Assembly (NCBI GenBank): GCA_050251055.1
Contig: JBFWNL010000001.1
Span: 1 to 64,000 of the forward strand
Direction of reading: 5' to 3'
Length of the DNA stretch: 64,000 nt
Origin: Bacteriovoracia bacterium
Lineage (GTDB): Bacteria > Bdellovibrionota > UBA1018 > JBFWNL01
Below the pieces are notes generated by a model. The model did not search any database, was not told where the DNA came from, and was given only the letters and a program-made list of their open reading frames with translations. Position numbers and translations under genes: made by a program. This document shows positions 25,941-35,745 of this stretch, one piece after another; position 1 is the first letter of the stretch, and every line of letters starts with the position of its first letter.

Positions 25941-27989
25941 TTAGGCGGTGTGTTCGGTAGGTGAATAGTCCAGCGGAAGTTCCGCCACGAAGGTGGATCC
26001 GTGGCCTTTTTTGCTCTTCACGCGGATATCCCCGCCGTGAGCCTGCACGATCTGTCGGCTGATGTAGAGCCCCAGACCCAGCCCGCCTCCCGCCGGCGAA
26101 CCCGATTCGCCCTGCTCGAAGCGATCGAAGATCCGGTTTTGATCCTCGGGCGAGATGCCAGGACCTTGGTCCTGCACCTGCAGCTTGGCGATTTCTCCAT
26201 CGCGCGCGAGCGTCACCTTCACGGCCTGCCCGGGCGCGTACTTAGCCGCGTTGGTTAGGAGATTTACCAAAACCTGTTCGATGCGCAGGCGATCCAGGCG
26301 GCCCGTGATACCGGGCTCGATTTGCACGTCGACCGTGCAGTTGGCGGCCACGAGTTGCTGCTGGTAGCGGTTGACGACTTCCTCGATTAGCTCGGAAAGA
26401 TTGAATTCCTCGCAGTTAAGGCTGAGCTTGCCGGCGCTGATGCGGGAAACGTCCAGCAGATCGTCGATGAGGTGAGTGAGGCGTCCGATCTGTTTGTCGG
26501 AGCTTTCCGCGAGCTGTTTGAGTTTCTCCGGCGTGAGATCCTTGAGCGTGCCTTTCTGCGCGTGGCGCACGAGCCCGTGCAGCTGCAGCTTCAGCGGGGT
26601 GAGCGGCGTTTTGAGCTCGTGGGAAGCGATGGAGAGGAAGTCGTCGCGGATGCGAATGGCTTTTTGGGCGTTGTCGTAAAGTTGCGCCCGGTGCAGGGCC
26701 TGGGCGAATTGGCTACCCAAGGTGAGCAGAAAATCGCGGTCTTCGTGCGCGAAGCTCTGGGGCTGGTTGAAACTGAGGGCGAGCACCCCGAAGACCTTGC
26801 CTTCAATCAGCAGGGGGATCACCGCCGTGGAGGCGTACGGAGTCGGCCGTGAGCGCAGGACCGGGAAATCCTGTTGGAGTTGGGCGGCGCTCTCGAGGAA
26901 GAGGGGGCGTCCCGTGCGGTAGGCCTCCGGCACGGGTAAATCCTCGTTGATGCCGATGCGGGGCCAGGATTTGACCAGGGATTCGGGATATCCGGCGGCG
27001 CGCATGATCTCCAGCCCCAGGCGGTCTTCCGTGAGCACGAAGATCATCCCGGCGTTGGCTTGGACCGACTCGAAACAGGTGTTGAGAATGATCTCGGCCA
27101 CCTGGTCCAAGCGCAGCGCCTCGGCCAAGGCGGTAGTCGTGGCCTGCAGGCGCTTCGTACGGTTCAACGAGCGTCTCAGTCGGTCGTGCCCTTGCGCCAA
27201 GTTATCGACCATGGTGTTAAAAGCGTAGGTTAGCTTCCCGATCTCGTCGCGCTTGATGATGGCGGCGCGATAGTCGAGGTTACCTTGCGCGACGCGGTCC
27301 GTGGCGGTGAGCAGGTTGTTTACGGCGCGGCCAAACTTTCGGACAATCCCTAATCCAAGCGCGGTTAGGATGAGGGTGGAGGCCACGGCGAAAATCAAGG
27401 CTACCACGAGGGGGAGGTGGCGCTGCTGGTAGGCGTCGAGAAAGGCTTGATCGCTTTGCTGCCGCAGAGTGATTTGTACCTTACGCAGAGCATCGACGGC
27501 GTCCTGATGGAATTGCCGCGCGACCAAGAGGTCGCTGCGGATTTCCTCGATTCGGAAGGATTTACGCACGTTCGCGATCTTGCTGAACACGGTCTCGACC
27601 ACGGTGCTGTACTGGTACATGGCGTGTTGCCCGGCTCGGAGCAGGTCCACGATCTCCGGTCGCATCCGCGGCCGCGCGAGCGCTCGCTGGATGTCCTCTT
27701 GCGCGCGCACCATGCCGGCGCGATACGCGTATCGGGTGTCGCTGACGAGCTTGGAAGCGAAGAGCTTTTCTAGGTTCTCTGCCGAGCCGTCCAGGCTCTC
27801 CATGACCTGGCTCGTGATTTCCATGATTTCGTTCGCCGTGTTCACTTCCGTCAGTCCACGCAAGAACTTCTGGCTAGAAAGAAAGATAACGGCCGCGCCG
27901 ATCAGAAAAAACACCGCCACGCCGAGCACCAGCCGCCGCAAGTGATCGATCAGCGAAGAGGTTTGACTGAAGGCGGGAATGGTGTTCAC
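25941..27989 (-). CDS. sensor histidine kinase (periplasmic helical sensor, HAMP, GAF, HisKA, HATPase)
   Basis: Two TM; RDEIGKLTYAFN; ASHELKTPLT; NLLTNAAKY; DQGPGI; GLGLGL. Confidence 0.95.
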   Translation of the reverse strand: MNTIPAFSQTSSLIDHLRRLVLGVAVFFLIGAAVIFLSSQKFLRGLTEVNTANEIMEITSQVMESLDGSAENLEKLFASKLVSDTRYAYRAGMVRAQEDIQRALARPRMRPEIVDLLRAGQHAMYQYSTVVETVFSKIANVRKSFRIEEIRSDLLVARQFHQDAVDALRKVQITLRQQSDQAFLDAYQQRHLPLVVALIFAVASTLILTALGLGIVRKFGRAVNNLLTATDRVAQGNLDYRAAIIKRDEIGKLTYAFNTMVDNLAQGHDRLRRSLNRTKRLQATTTALAEALRLDQVAEIILNTCFESVQANAGMIFVLTEDRLGLEIMRAAGYPESLVKSWPRIGINEDLPVPEAYRTGRPLFLESAAQLQQDFPVLRSRPTPYASTAVIPLLIEGKVFGVLALSFNQPQSFAHEDRDFLLTLGSQFAQALHRAQLYDNAQKAIRIRDDFLSIASHELKTPLTPLKLQLHGLVRHAQKGTLKDLTPEKLKQLAESSDKQIGRLTHLIDDLLDVSRISAGKLSLNCEEFNLSELIEEVVNRYQQQLVAANCTVDVQIEPGITGRLDRLRIEQVLVNLLTNAAKYAPGQAVKVTLARDGEIAKLQVQDQGPGISPEDQNRIFDRFEQGESGSPAGGGLGLGLYISRQIVQAHGGDIRVKSKKGHGSTFVAELPLDYSPTEHTA

Positions 27990-28444
27990 GGAACCACCTC
28001 AATTTTCTTTACCCCAGGCGCTCCCGTGAAGTCGGGCGAAACGTAGCCGATGCCGCCCCGGAAACGCGCGATCAGGGAAGCGGTGAGCGAGTCGGAGGTC
28101 ACTTGAATCGGGGCGCTGTCTCCGGTGTAGAGCTTCTGGCCGATCCAAAACAGGTCGACCTCCCGGCCGGTTTTCTTCACCACGGAGCGAAGGAAGTGCT
28201 TACGCTCCGGGGAGTCATCCGTCCGGTCGACGAAGCGGATCCCCGTGCCATCGGGCCAAGCGCGTTTTTTCTTTAGGAAAAAGTTGGAGAGCTCTTCGGC
28301 GTCGATCTTCGTAATGGGATTTTCGGCATTTACCACTACGGCGAATTTGGCCGACGGCTCGTCGGACGCGAGCGCACACGGAAATCCGGTCGCGCAGAAG
28401 GCCAGAAGAAGACCGAAGCGTAAATGGGTGAGCCAATCCTTCAA
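27986..28444 (-). CDS. small PstS/PBP-like periplasmic protein
   Basis: Signal; VVVNAENPITKI..EELSNFFLKK..WPDG, GGIGYV, GVKKI. Confidence 0.8.
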   Translation of the reverse strand: MKDWLTHLRFGLLLAFCATGFPCALASDEPSAKFAVVVNAENPITKIDAEELSNFFLKKKRAWPDGTGIRFVDRTDDSPERKHFLRSVVKKTGREVDLFWIGQKLYTGDSAPIQVTSDSLTASLIARFRGGIGYVSPDFTGAPGVKKIEVVP

Positions 28445-29658
28445 AAGGCGACCCCCGCGGAAAGGTCATACACCATAAAGTCGCGGTTTTGGCCCGCGAT
28501 CACGGCGGTCGAGCCAATGTAGTTTTGCATGGCCAACCCCAGGCGAATGCGCGTGAAGGATGTCGGCAGCCAGTTCACGCCGGCGCCGTAGGCAAGTAGC
28601 TCGTACGGATCAGCGAAGCCCGCGCTTAAGGAGCCGACGCGGTTTTGGGCGCTGTCGGCGTAGTCGATGAACGCGTAAACCAGCCAGTCTTCCTCGTACA
28701 CGGCGACGGACGGTTCGAAATAAACGGACCAGGGGTCCCCCGCGGCCGAGGTCTGGCGGGCGAATTCCGACGTGACGACGAAAGGATGGGACTTAAGCTT
28801 CATATCCAAGCCCCACGTCTTGAACGTGTCCTGATCGCGCTTGCCGAATTGGGAGGAGATCCCAAGCGTGAGCCGCTCGGCGGCCGTCGCCCACCACACG
28901 CGTGCGCCGACCCCGGGTAGTTGCGGCTTTTCAATCGGTGAGAATGTGTAGAGGTTATAGCCCCAGCTCGACGCCGCCGAGTGAAAACGGCCGTAGAGGT
29001 GCACGCCCGACCACACGGGCGTCACGAGATTCGTCGTCCGGCCCATCTCCGGTCCCGATCGACGCAGGAAGAGCACGGGTTCGCGTTGTTGAAACGAAGT
29101 GCCAAACGGGACATAGCCCAGTCCACCTTGAATGTGATGCGACTCACTGAGGTCAAACTCAAGGTATCCTTGGGGGATGAGCGCACCATAAATGTAGCTC
29201 GTATACATCCGGCCCATGGGAAGACTCAGGGTGGTCGCGTTGGGGTGGTGGTGGGGGTTGGATAAGTTTGGTCCCAAGAAAAATACCGCTTGGCTCGCGA
29301 AGCGCAGGCTGGGAAGAAATTCTGCACTTAAATTCAATCCCAACGCATCCGACGAATTCACCGCCTGCGTTTTCGTATCGGGGCCCGTGAGCACCGTAAA
29401 CGCTCCTTCGAAGAAACCCCCCAGCGTGAGTCGGTTATGTAAGAAGGAATTTACCTGGGCCTTGCGATCTTCGTTGGTCACGTATTCCGCTTGGCCGTTT
29501 TCGAGCACCTCGATGCGTCGGGTCAGCTCCTTGATCTTGGCGTCCTGTGGGGCAGGCGTCGACAACGCTGGCGCAGTCGGGCCCGCGGAAAGAGCGAATG
29601 AAGCTGGCAATACGAAAAGTAAAATTCCGATTCGAATGGACCAGTTACGCCTTTGCAT
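28441..29658 (-). CDS. outer-membrane porin-like beta-barrel
   Basis: Signal, short coiled coil IKELTRRIEVLE, alternating beta strands, GYVPFG, C-terminal Phe. Confidence 0.72.
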   Translation of the reverse strand: MQRRNWSIRIGILLFVLPASFALSAGPTAPALSTPAPQDAKIKELTRRIEVLENGQAEYVTNEDRKAQVNSFLHNRLTLGGFFEGAFTVLTGPDTKTQAVNSSDALGLNLSAEFLPSLRFASQAVFFLGPNLSNPHHHPNATTLSLPMGRMYTSYIYGALIPQGYLEFDLSESHHIQGGLGYVPFGTSFQQREPVLFLRRSGPEMGRTTNLVTPVWSGVHLYGRFHSAASSWGYNLYTFSPIEKPQLPGVGARVWWATAAERLTLGISSQFGKRDQDTFKTWGLDMKLKSHPFVVTSEFARQTSAAGDPWSVYFEPSVAVYEEDWLVYAFIDYADSAQNRVGSLSAGFADPYELLAYGAGVNWLPTSFTRIRLGLAMQNYIGSTAVIAGQNRDFMVYDLSAGVAF

Positions 29659-29752
29659 ATCCGCTACTTATATGGAGCTACGCCGCGTCTGGCAAGGCGC
29701 CGAGCGGCATGTTTTCCTTGTTGTTAACGCGAAGGGGCACTACTCTTTTACT

Positions 29753-30430
29753 ATGGTAAAATTTTGTAAGGATCTCACTCGGTCGGAAGTTTTTCAGTCT
29801 ACTATTTTATTGCTCATTCTACTCGTAGCCGCCGGGATGGGGTTAGAGACCGTGCCAGAATTGGCCGAAAGTTACGCGGATTTCTTCTTATATCTCTTTT
29901 ATTTCACGCAGGTCGCGTTTGTCGTCGAGATCTTAGTCAGAATTGGCGCATACGGCCCTCATTATGCCCGTTTTTTTAAGGAATCTTGGAATCTCTTCGA
30001 CTTCGGTATCGTGACCCTTTCGCTTTTTCCGGGCGTGGGTGCGTTTGCGTTCGTTGTCCGACTGCTTCGGGTCTTGCGCGTATTAAGACTTTTTTCCGCT
30101 TCTGAGCGTTTGCGCAGCTTTATGGACCGCTTGCGCGAGTCTTTCGATGAGGTCGGGATGGCCGCCATCGTGGTGGCGGTCTTGGGATACATCTTCGCCA
30201 TCGGCGGTTACTATCTCTTCGGCGAAATGGATCCTGTGCGTTGGGGAGGGTTGGGGCGGTCTATCCTGAGCGTTTTCTATCTCGCGCTCCTTCAAGATGT
30301 GCGTGAATACGTTTCGCCGCTGACGGCAGCGTGCAAGCCCAGCGTGATTTTCTTTCTCGTGTTTTATCTCGTGTGGGCGTCCGTACTGGTGGGCGTGGTG
30401 ACGGCGTCTGTCCGGCAAGGAAAGCGATGA
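29753..30430 (+). CDS. voltage-gated ion channel (Ion_trans, bacterial Nav-like)
   Basis: S2 VEILVRI, S3 WNLFDF, S4 RLLRVLRVLRL, S5 YIFAIGGYYLFG; true start ATG 29753. Confidence 0.9.
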   Translation: MVKFCKDLTRSEVFQSTILLLILLVAAGMGLETVPELAESYADFFLYLFYFTQVAFVVEILVRIGAYGPHYARFFKESWNLFDFGIVTLSLFPGVGAFAFVVRLLRVLRVLRLFSASERLRSFMDRLRESFDEVGMAAIVVAVLGYIFAIGGYYLFGEMDPVRWGGLGRSILSVFYLALLQDVREYVSPLTAACKPSVIFFLVFYLVWASVLVGVVTASVRQGKR

Positions 30431-30894
30431 GCCGCGCGTTCGTCGGTTTTCTCAAAGGCGCGGGCGTGCTGCTGCTCGTGCTGGCGGCGTGGTTTGCCGG
30501 GAATCGCGTGTTTTTCCTGCGGCACGCGGTGGAAACGACAGGCACCGTGCGCGAGATTTTTGGGGAAAACTCTCGCTGCGGTGGGGGAAAACGGCGACCG
30601 TCGTACAACTGCACGAAGTTTTACATGCAAGCAGAGTACGCTTCTCCGCAGGGCAAGCATCGACTTTCCATCGCCGCTGGAAAGGTTCGTGGACACAACC
30701 AACCGCCGGAAGCCTGTCGCCGTCGGGTCGGGGACGTGGTGCCGGTGGTGTACGACGCGCGCGATCCTAGCCGGGCCGCCCATAACGAATTCTTCGCACT
30801 ATGGGGTTTGCCGATCCTGTTGTCTATTTTGAGCGGAATTGTGTTCGTGGTGCTGCTAGTCCAAAATCGGCGGGGCAACCTTTCAAGGACCTAA
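30427..30894 (+). CDS. DUF3592-like membrane protein
   Basis: TM-ETTGTV...VGDVVPVVYDARDPSRA-TM; ATGA overlap. Confidence 0.75.
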   Translation: MSRAFVGFLKGAGVLLLVLAAWFAGNRVFFLRHAVETTGTVREIFGENSRCGGGKRRPSYNCTKFYMQAEYASPQGKHRLSIAAGKVRGHNQPPEACRRRVGDVVPVVYDARDPSRAAHNEFFALWGLPILLSILSGIVFVVLLVQNRRGNLSRT

Positions 30895-31532
30895 ACGGGC
30901 CGGAGCCGTTTTCGTTGACAGGTGATCCACGCGTGCTCATTGGGCGAGGGGTGAAGTTCTCCGAGCTCGATCGCCTGCAAGGGAGCAAGTAAAGTCGTAG
31001 GGATTTCCACTTTATGAATGAAGTGCGACGGAGTGGAAATTGGGTCACGCGCGTGAACCTCCAGGAGCGTGGGAACCTCGCGGCAGTAAAGATAGGCCGT
31101 GCGATGGCGCGCAAGCGACTGCTCGGTGACAGGGTGCCGGCTCCAGCCGCCGGCTTCCAGCCGCGCCAAGTATCCTTCCAGATCCAAGGTATCGATGCCA
31201 AGATGATGAAGCCCGGGCCCCCGTTTTTCGAGCGCACGGGCGTAGGGGCCCGGACCGATGGCTTGCAGGAGCAAGAGCCGACCGGTGAAGCCGGGGGGTC
31301 CCACGTAAGCTTCGCGCGTGCCTTCGCCAGGAAAATCCTCGAGGGCGCCTACCGGAAAACCCTGCTCCTGCCACCCAGCGGCGAGGTTCTTTACATCCCG
31401 CACGAGGAACGCAACGTGATTCAGCTGGGGGCGAGAAGGGGCGGACACGACCCTCAGCTTAACATCGGCTGGCAGGAAGGGCAAAATTTGGTACAAAGAA
31501 GGAATGTCGAAAACAGTGGCGCAGGCCCGCAA
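30891..31532 (-). CDS. VOC/glyoxalase family protein
   Basis: LNHVAFLVRD, GPYARALEKRGPGLHHLGI; real start probably nearer 31450. Confidence 0.8.
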   Translation of the reverse strand: MRACATVFDIPSLYQILPFLPADVKLRVVSAPSRPQLNHVAFLVRDVKNLAAGWQEQGFPVGALEDFPGEGTREAYVGPPGFTGRLLLLQAIGPGPYARALEKRGPGLHHLGIDTLDLEGYLARLEAGGWSRHPVTEQSLARHRTAYLYCREVPTLLEVHARDPISTPSHFIHKVEIPTTLLAPLQAIELGELHPSPNEHAWITCQRKRLRPV

Positions 31533-31893
31533 GCTGCGCGCCTATTTTTTCAATGGCTGCGGCATCCTGCTCGTGGTGATTGGCGTGATCGGCCTGTTCT
31601 TGCCTCTTCTGCCGACGACGCCGTTTTTAATTCTAGCGGCGTTTTGCTTCAAGCAGGGATCGGAGAAGTTTCACGTCTGGCTCATTGAGCATAAGTGGTT
31701 GGGCCCGCCGGTTCAAGATTGGCAACGCGGGCAGGTGATTCGGCTGCAGACTAAGATCATCGCCACGCTCACGATGCTGGCCGGTGGGGTGGGCCTCTTT
31801 GTCTACGCATCGGCGCCCGATATCGTAAAAGGTGCGTATGCCATTTTCATCGGCTGTATCCTGATTTTTATTTGGACGCGCGCGAGCAGATAG
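31504..31893 (+). CDS. ybaN: YbaN/DUF454 membrane protein
   Basis: GVIGLFLPLLPTTPFLILAAFCF, WLIEHKWLGP. Confidence 0.9.
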   Translation: MSKTVAQARKLRAYFFNGCGILLVVIGVIGLFLPLLPTTPFLILAAFCFKQGSEKFHVWLIEHKWLGPPVQDWQRGQVIRLQTKIIATLTMLAGGVGLFVYASAPDIVKGAYAIFIGCILIFIWTRASR

Positions 31894-31911
31894 CGCGCGC
31901 CCATTGAAAAA

Positions 31912-33294
31912 CTATGCCGCTCCGGTGCGCGCGTGCCCGCAGACTCCTCCTAGCTTCGAGTTCGCGAAATGCCGTTTGAACCAGGGCGCCGCCGCGTGCG
32001 ACACCTGCTCGATCGCGCCGGGTTCTTCAAAGAGGTGGCCGGCACCGGGAATGACGGCGAGCTGACCATCGGGGAGGCGGCCCAAGGCTTCTCGATTCAG
32101 CGCCAGGACTTCGCGGTCCAACGAGCCCACGATCAAAAGGGTAGGGGCGGTGACGCGGGTGAGGGCGTTGCGCGCCAAATCCGGTCGGCCGCCTCGCGAC
32201 ACGACCGCGCAGACGTCTCGGCTCAGGGTGGAGGCCGCTACCAAGGCCGCTGCCGCGCCGGTGCTGGCGCCGAAGTACCCGATGGGCCGATTGTGGGTGC
32301 GCTCTTGTTTTTTGGCCCACCGGGTGGCTTCGACCAACCGAGCGGCCAGCTGCTCGACGTCAAAGACGTTTTCTTCCTTCGTCGCTTCGGGTTCCGTCAG
32401 TAAATCAAAGAGCAGGGTGGCGAATCCGGCGCGGTTCAGCGCGCTGGCGACGGCGCGGTTACGCGGGCTCAAACGACTGCTGCCACTGCCGTGAGCGAAA
32501 ATTACGAGCCCATGGTGCCCCCGCGGGATTACCCACCACCCCGGAGTGGTTTTTCCGCGACCGATGGGTACCGGAATTTCGGAGTCCGCGCGCATCGCGT
32601 CCGCGCCGATCCCGGGCGTTTCGCCTAGTTTTTCTAAGATCTCGGTGTCGGTGACCGGGTGGAAATCGTCATAGTACTGGCCGACGGCTTCAAAATCCGG
32701 GGCTTCGTTCAGGCAGACCACCTCGTCGAAGTCGGAAGCCCGCAGCCGCATCGCCGACGCCGCCGCTCCGACGGGCACGGCGAGCAGGACATACTTGGCG
32801 CCGCAGGCACGCACATACTGAGCGGCCACGCGGGCGGTCACCCCCGTGGCCAAGCCATCGTCGACGAGGATGACGGTTTTACCTTGTAAAGGGGGCAAGG
32901 AGCGGCCGCCGCGGTAGTTCTCGATCTGGCGGCCGATTTCCTGGTTTTTTTCCAGTAGGATACGCTCTATGTCTCCGGTTCGGTATCCCAGGCGGCGCGA
33001 AGCGATGGGGTCGATCCAGTAAAACCCGTCTTCCGCGATAGCCCCGATGCCGTATTCGGGTTCGTCCGGGGCGCCGATTTTTTTTACGGCAAGCACGGCC
33101 AATGGAAGTGAGAGGGCTTGGGCGACCTCGAAGGCCACCGGCACCCCACCCCGCGGCAGGGCGAGCACCCACGCGTCGATCAGATGGGGCAGACGGGAAG
33201 CGCCCGACTCATCGGGCGCTTCCAAGGCCTCGGTCAATGCGCGCGCCAAGAGACGGCCGGCCTGCGCGCGATCCTGAAATCGATGCTCCATCAA
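31912..33294 (-). CDS. phosphoribosyltransferase fused to alpha/beta (dienelactone-hydrolase-like) hydrolase
   Basis: FQDRAQAG, LPRGGVPV, VDDGLATG; FAHGSGSSRLSPRN, GYFGASTG, GAGHLFEEPG. Confidence 0.92.
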   Translation of the reverse strand: MMEHRFQDRAQAGRLLARALTEALEAPDESGASRLPHLIDAWVLALPRGGVPVAFEVAQALSLPLAVLAVKKIGAPDEPEYGIGAIAEDGFYWIDPIASRRLGYRTGDIERILLEKNQEIGRQIENYRGGRSLPPLQGKTVILVDDGLATGVTARVAAQYVRACGAKYVLLAVPVGAAASAMRLRASDFDEVVCLNEAPDFEAVGQYYDDFHPVTDTEILEKLGETPGIGADAMRADSEIPVPIGRGKTTPGWWVIPRGHHGLVIFAHGSGSSRLSPRNRAVASALNRAGFATLLFDLLTEPEATKEENVFDVEQLAARLVEATRWAKKQERTHNRPIGYFGASTGAAAALVAASTLSRDVCAVVSRGGRPDLARNALTRVTAPTLLIVGSLDREVLALNREALGRLPDGQLAVIPGAGHLFEEPGAIEQVSHAAAPWFKRHFANSKLGGVCGHARTGAA

Positions 33295-33701
33295 TCCTCG
33301 TCCTTCTCTCGACGGTACTTTTCCTTCAGATCCATGAATTTTTTGTTCTGCTCGGCGGTCAGGAGCTTACGGACCTCGAGCATTTTGTCGAATTTGAGTT
33401 TCATCATGTCACTTTTGACCGTCATCATGTCCCGATGGATACGGCGAAGCTCTGCGTCAGAAGCATTTTTATCAAAAGCGGATTTCATCTGCTCCTTCAG
33501 CGCGAGCTTCCGGTCATGTAAAGAATCAAATTTTGTCCGGCTGCGGTCGTGGATTTCGTCCACTTTGGCGCTCTGGGCTTCGGTTAAAGCGAGTTCCTTC
33601 TTCCATTCTCGATAATCCGCATCGCTCCAGCCTTTATTGGCCCAAGCCGGGTTGGCGGCGATCGCCGCCACGAGCGCAAAACTTCCAAGTAACTTCTTCA
33701 T
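33291..33701 (-). CDS. Spy/CpxP family periplasmic protein
   Basis: Signal; two LTxxQ motifs (LTEAQ, LTAEQ); AAGGAG RBS. Confidence 0.85.
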   Translation of the reverse strand: MKKLLGSFALVAAIAANPAWANKGWSDADYREWKKELALTEAQSAKVDEIHDRSRTKFDSLHDRKLALKEQMKSAFDKNASDAELRRIHRDMMTVKSDMMKLKFDKMLEVRKLLTAEQNKKFMDLKEKYRREKDED

Positions 33702-33728
33702 TTTCAATTCTCCTTTTACGGAGAGATC

Positions 33729-33744
33729 TACAAGAGGTGTGCCA
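33729..33744 (-). promoter_or_regulatory. possible sigma54 promoter of the Spy/CpxP gene
   Basis: TGGCAC-ACCTC-TTGTA, one mismatch at -12. Confidence 0.5.
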
Positions 33745-33747
33745 GGC

Positions 33748-34212
33748 TCAGGGAATGCGGAACTCAACGGGCTTGGATCCCCATTGGGGATCGCCCGCGC
33801 GCGCGCGCCAGCGCACGGTCAGGCGGTAGCGGCCGGACGTAAATGAAAATGCGTGGCCACGGCTGTCGACGAGCACTTCCGCCAAGGGCAGGTTCACCGA
33901 CCACTTTTCTTTCGGCGCAAGCGTGACTTCTTCGAAAGGGTGCGCGGCCTTTTCGGAGATCACTCGTACGTTAGCTTCGAGCGGCACCCAACGCATGCCG
34001 ATGCGGCGTTGAAGTGCTACCTGGAAGCTGTGGCTCGCCTGCAGGACCGGGTCCGGGTAGCGCAAAAAACGCAGGGGATGGGGGGTGGAGTTCGAAATCT
34101 CGACGATAGCGGTCGGGTGTGCGGCGGGGGCGGAGGACTCCAGCGTGACCTTCAGGGTCGGTCCCGAATTCATTCCAAAAGCGGCAATGGAGATAAAAAA
34201 CATCAAGCCCAC
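33748..34212 (-). CDS. exported Ig-like hypothetical protein
   Basis: Hydrophobic N-terminus; VEISNS, VTLAPKE, GRYRLTV, SKPVEFRI. Confidence 0.6.
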   Translation of the reverse strand: MGLMFFISIAAFGMNSGPTLKVTLESSAPAAHPTAIVEISNSTPHPLRFLRYPDPVLQASHSFQVALQRRIGMRWVPLEANVRVISEKAAHPFEEVTLAPKEKWSVNLPLAEVLVDSRGHAFSFTSGRYRLTVRWRARAGDPQWGSKPVEFRIP

Positions 34213-34232
34213 GTTTCCTCTTCTATGTAATA

Positions 34233-35366
34233 ATGATGGCGATCATGGTCAATGCCATTCTCCTCGCCTTGGCGTTGCCGCTCCTGGTCGGGTGCGGCAC
34301 CGTCTTCAGCCGCCCCGTTTCGCAGGTCACGTATGTGGCGGGCGTGGTGGCGGGAAATCCCGGCGAGCTTCACCTCTTTCGTTTGGACTCCTCCACGGGG
34401 GCGCTTACCGCCTTGACGGATTCACCGAAGGAAATTCAGGTAGTCAACGCCGTCACTCCCATCGTCGGGGTGAAGTCCGCCGGCAAGTTGATCGTGGTCG
34501 CGACCATGAACGCGATCAGCGTCTACAAGTTGAATATCGAGACGGGGTTGTTTGAGGTTTCCCCGAATTCGCCGTATCGCCCCTCGGTGAATAGCAATCC
34601 GGGCTTGGCCATCGACGCGCTTGAAACGTCAAGCGACGGGCGCTGGATCTTCGTCGGTTTTCGCGGCACCGGCGGCAACTTCAGCTTGATGACGGTCATT
34701 TCCTTCGATTCCACGACGGGTTCTTTTTCCGAAGTCATCACCAAGGGAGTGGGCATCCAGAATAGCAACATCACGAGCCTTTGGCTGGATCCCAGCGAGC
34801 GTTTCCTGCTGGTCGGTTCGTCCGATGATCAAGGTTTCTATCCGATGTCGTTTGACGCGAGCAGCGGCTTCGCGCAGAAGTTGCAGCTCAACGCTTTTCA
34901 AGGCACCGCCATGACGCACTTGACGGCGGCGGGGCTCCTTCCAAGCGGCGTGGTGCTGACTTTTTCCACGACCCAATTCATGCCGCTGCAGCTGTCTTCC
35001 GCAGGCGTGCTCAGCAACGCGAGCAGCGCCCTGGCGATATCGACTTCCAACGTAGCCGTGCGCTCGGATCTGAGCCAGGCGTATATCGTGAATGGCGCGG
35101 GAGATTACAGTACTTACCGCGTGAGCTCGACGACGGGCGCCTTGCAATTCATGACGACGAGTTCGGCCGGGGTTTCTTCCAGCCGCTCGCAGGCTCAGCT
35201 GGATTCCAGCGACGAGTTTCTCATCGCCACTCCCGCCAGCGGCGTAGGGTTTAAGGTGTTTCGGGTCGACGAGGTCACGGGGGGCCTGCAAGCCGTCAGC
35301 GGATCTCCGTTTGGCAACAAGGCGATGGAATATCCCCGTACCCTGCGCGGGGCCATTCGCATCTAG
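34233..35366 (+). CDS. beta-propeller lactonase-like lipoprotein
   Basis: Lipobox LVGC; repeats DSSTGAL/DSTTGSF/DEVTGGLQAVSGSPF; SDGRWIFV, DPSERFLL. Confidence 0.8.
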   Translation: MMAIMVNAILLALALPLLVGCGTVFSRPVSQVTYVAGVVAGNPGELHLFRLDSSTGALTALTDSPKEIQVVNAVTPIVGVKSAGKLIVVATMNAISVYKLNIETGLFEVSPNSPYRPSVNSNPGLAIDALETSSDGRWIFVGFRGTGGNFSLMTVISFDSTTGSFSEVITKGVGIQNSNITSLWLDPSERFLLVGSSDDQGFYPMSFDASSGFAQKLQLNAFQGTAMTHLTAAGLLPSGVVLTFSTTQFMPLQLSSAGVLSNASSALAISTSNVAVRSDLSQAYIVNGAGDYSTYRVSSTTGALQFMTTSSAGVSSSRSQAQLDSSDEFLIATPASGVGFKVFRVDEVTGGLQAVSGSPFGNKAMEYPRTLRGAIRI

Positions 35367-35563
35367 TCCAAGTCGTCGATCGGCGCCTGGGGTCCGGGCC
35401 GAATGCCCACTAAGTCGGGGTCGATGCCGTCCGCCGTATTTTGGGCGCGCTCTTTCTTCAGCTCTTTGCGCAGGGTTTTTTTGGCCTGTTTTTCCTGCTT
35501 GCGCTCCTGCCGGCTCCGCTCGCGCGCGCGCTTGGCCTGGGTTGCGGGACCGGGCCTACCCAT
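35363..35563 (-). CDS. small basic protein with acidic tail
   Basis: KRARERSRQERKQEKQAKK...DGIDPDLVGIRPGPQ; coupled to the upstream small ORF. Confidence 0.7.
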   Translation of the reverse strand: MGRPGPATQAKRARERSRQERKQEKQAKKTLRKELKKERAQNTADGIDPDLVGIRPGPQAPIDDLD

Positions 35564-35726
35564 GAATTCGGACTTTCGCGTTCATGCTTTTTTTGGCGGC
35601 CTCCGTCTGCGCTTTGTCGCAAGTGTGGCAGCGGAAAACTTGCTGATTTCCGTCGGGATGCCATTGTCCGTCCTGCGCGTGAACTGCGCGGCGGCAGCTA
35701 TAGCAGCGAAGTTGGGTCTTGGTCAT
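35556..35726 (-). CDS. small Zn-ribbon protein
   Basis: CYSC and CHTC in 56 aa; AAAGGCGG before ATG 35726. Confidence 0.6.
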   Translation of the reverse strand: MTKTQLRCYSCRRAVHAQDGQWHPDGNQQVFRCHTCDKAQTEAAKKSMNAKVRIHG

Positions 35727-35745
35727 GGGACCGCCTTTCGGAATT

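Noticed and set aside
29216-29752. N-terminal extension of the ion channel ORF
   Set aside because: Overlaps the porin gene antisense; channel homology and a promoter start at ATG 29753.
31912-33294. PRTase-hydrolase fusion as a novelty
   Set aside because: A widespread known fusion architecture; nothing unusual seen here.
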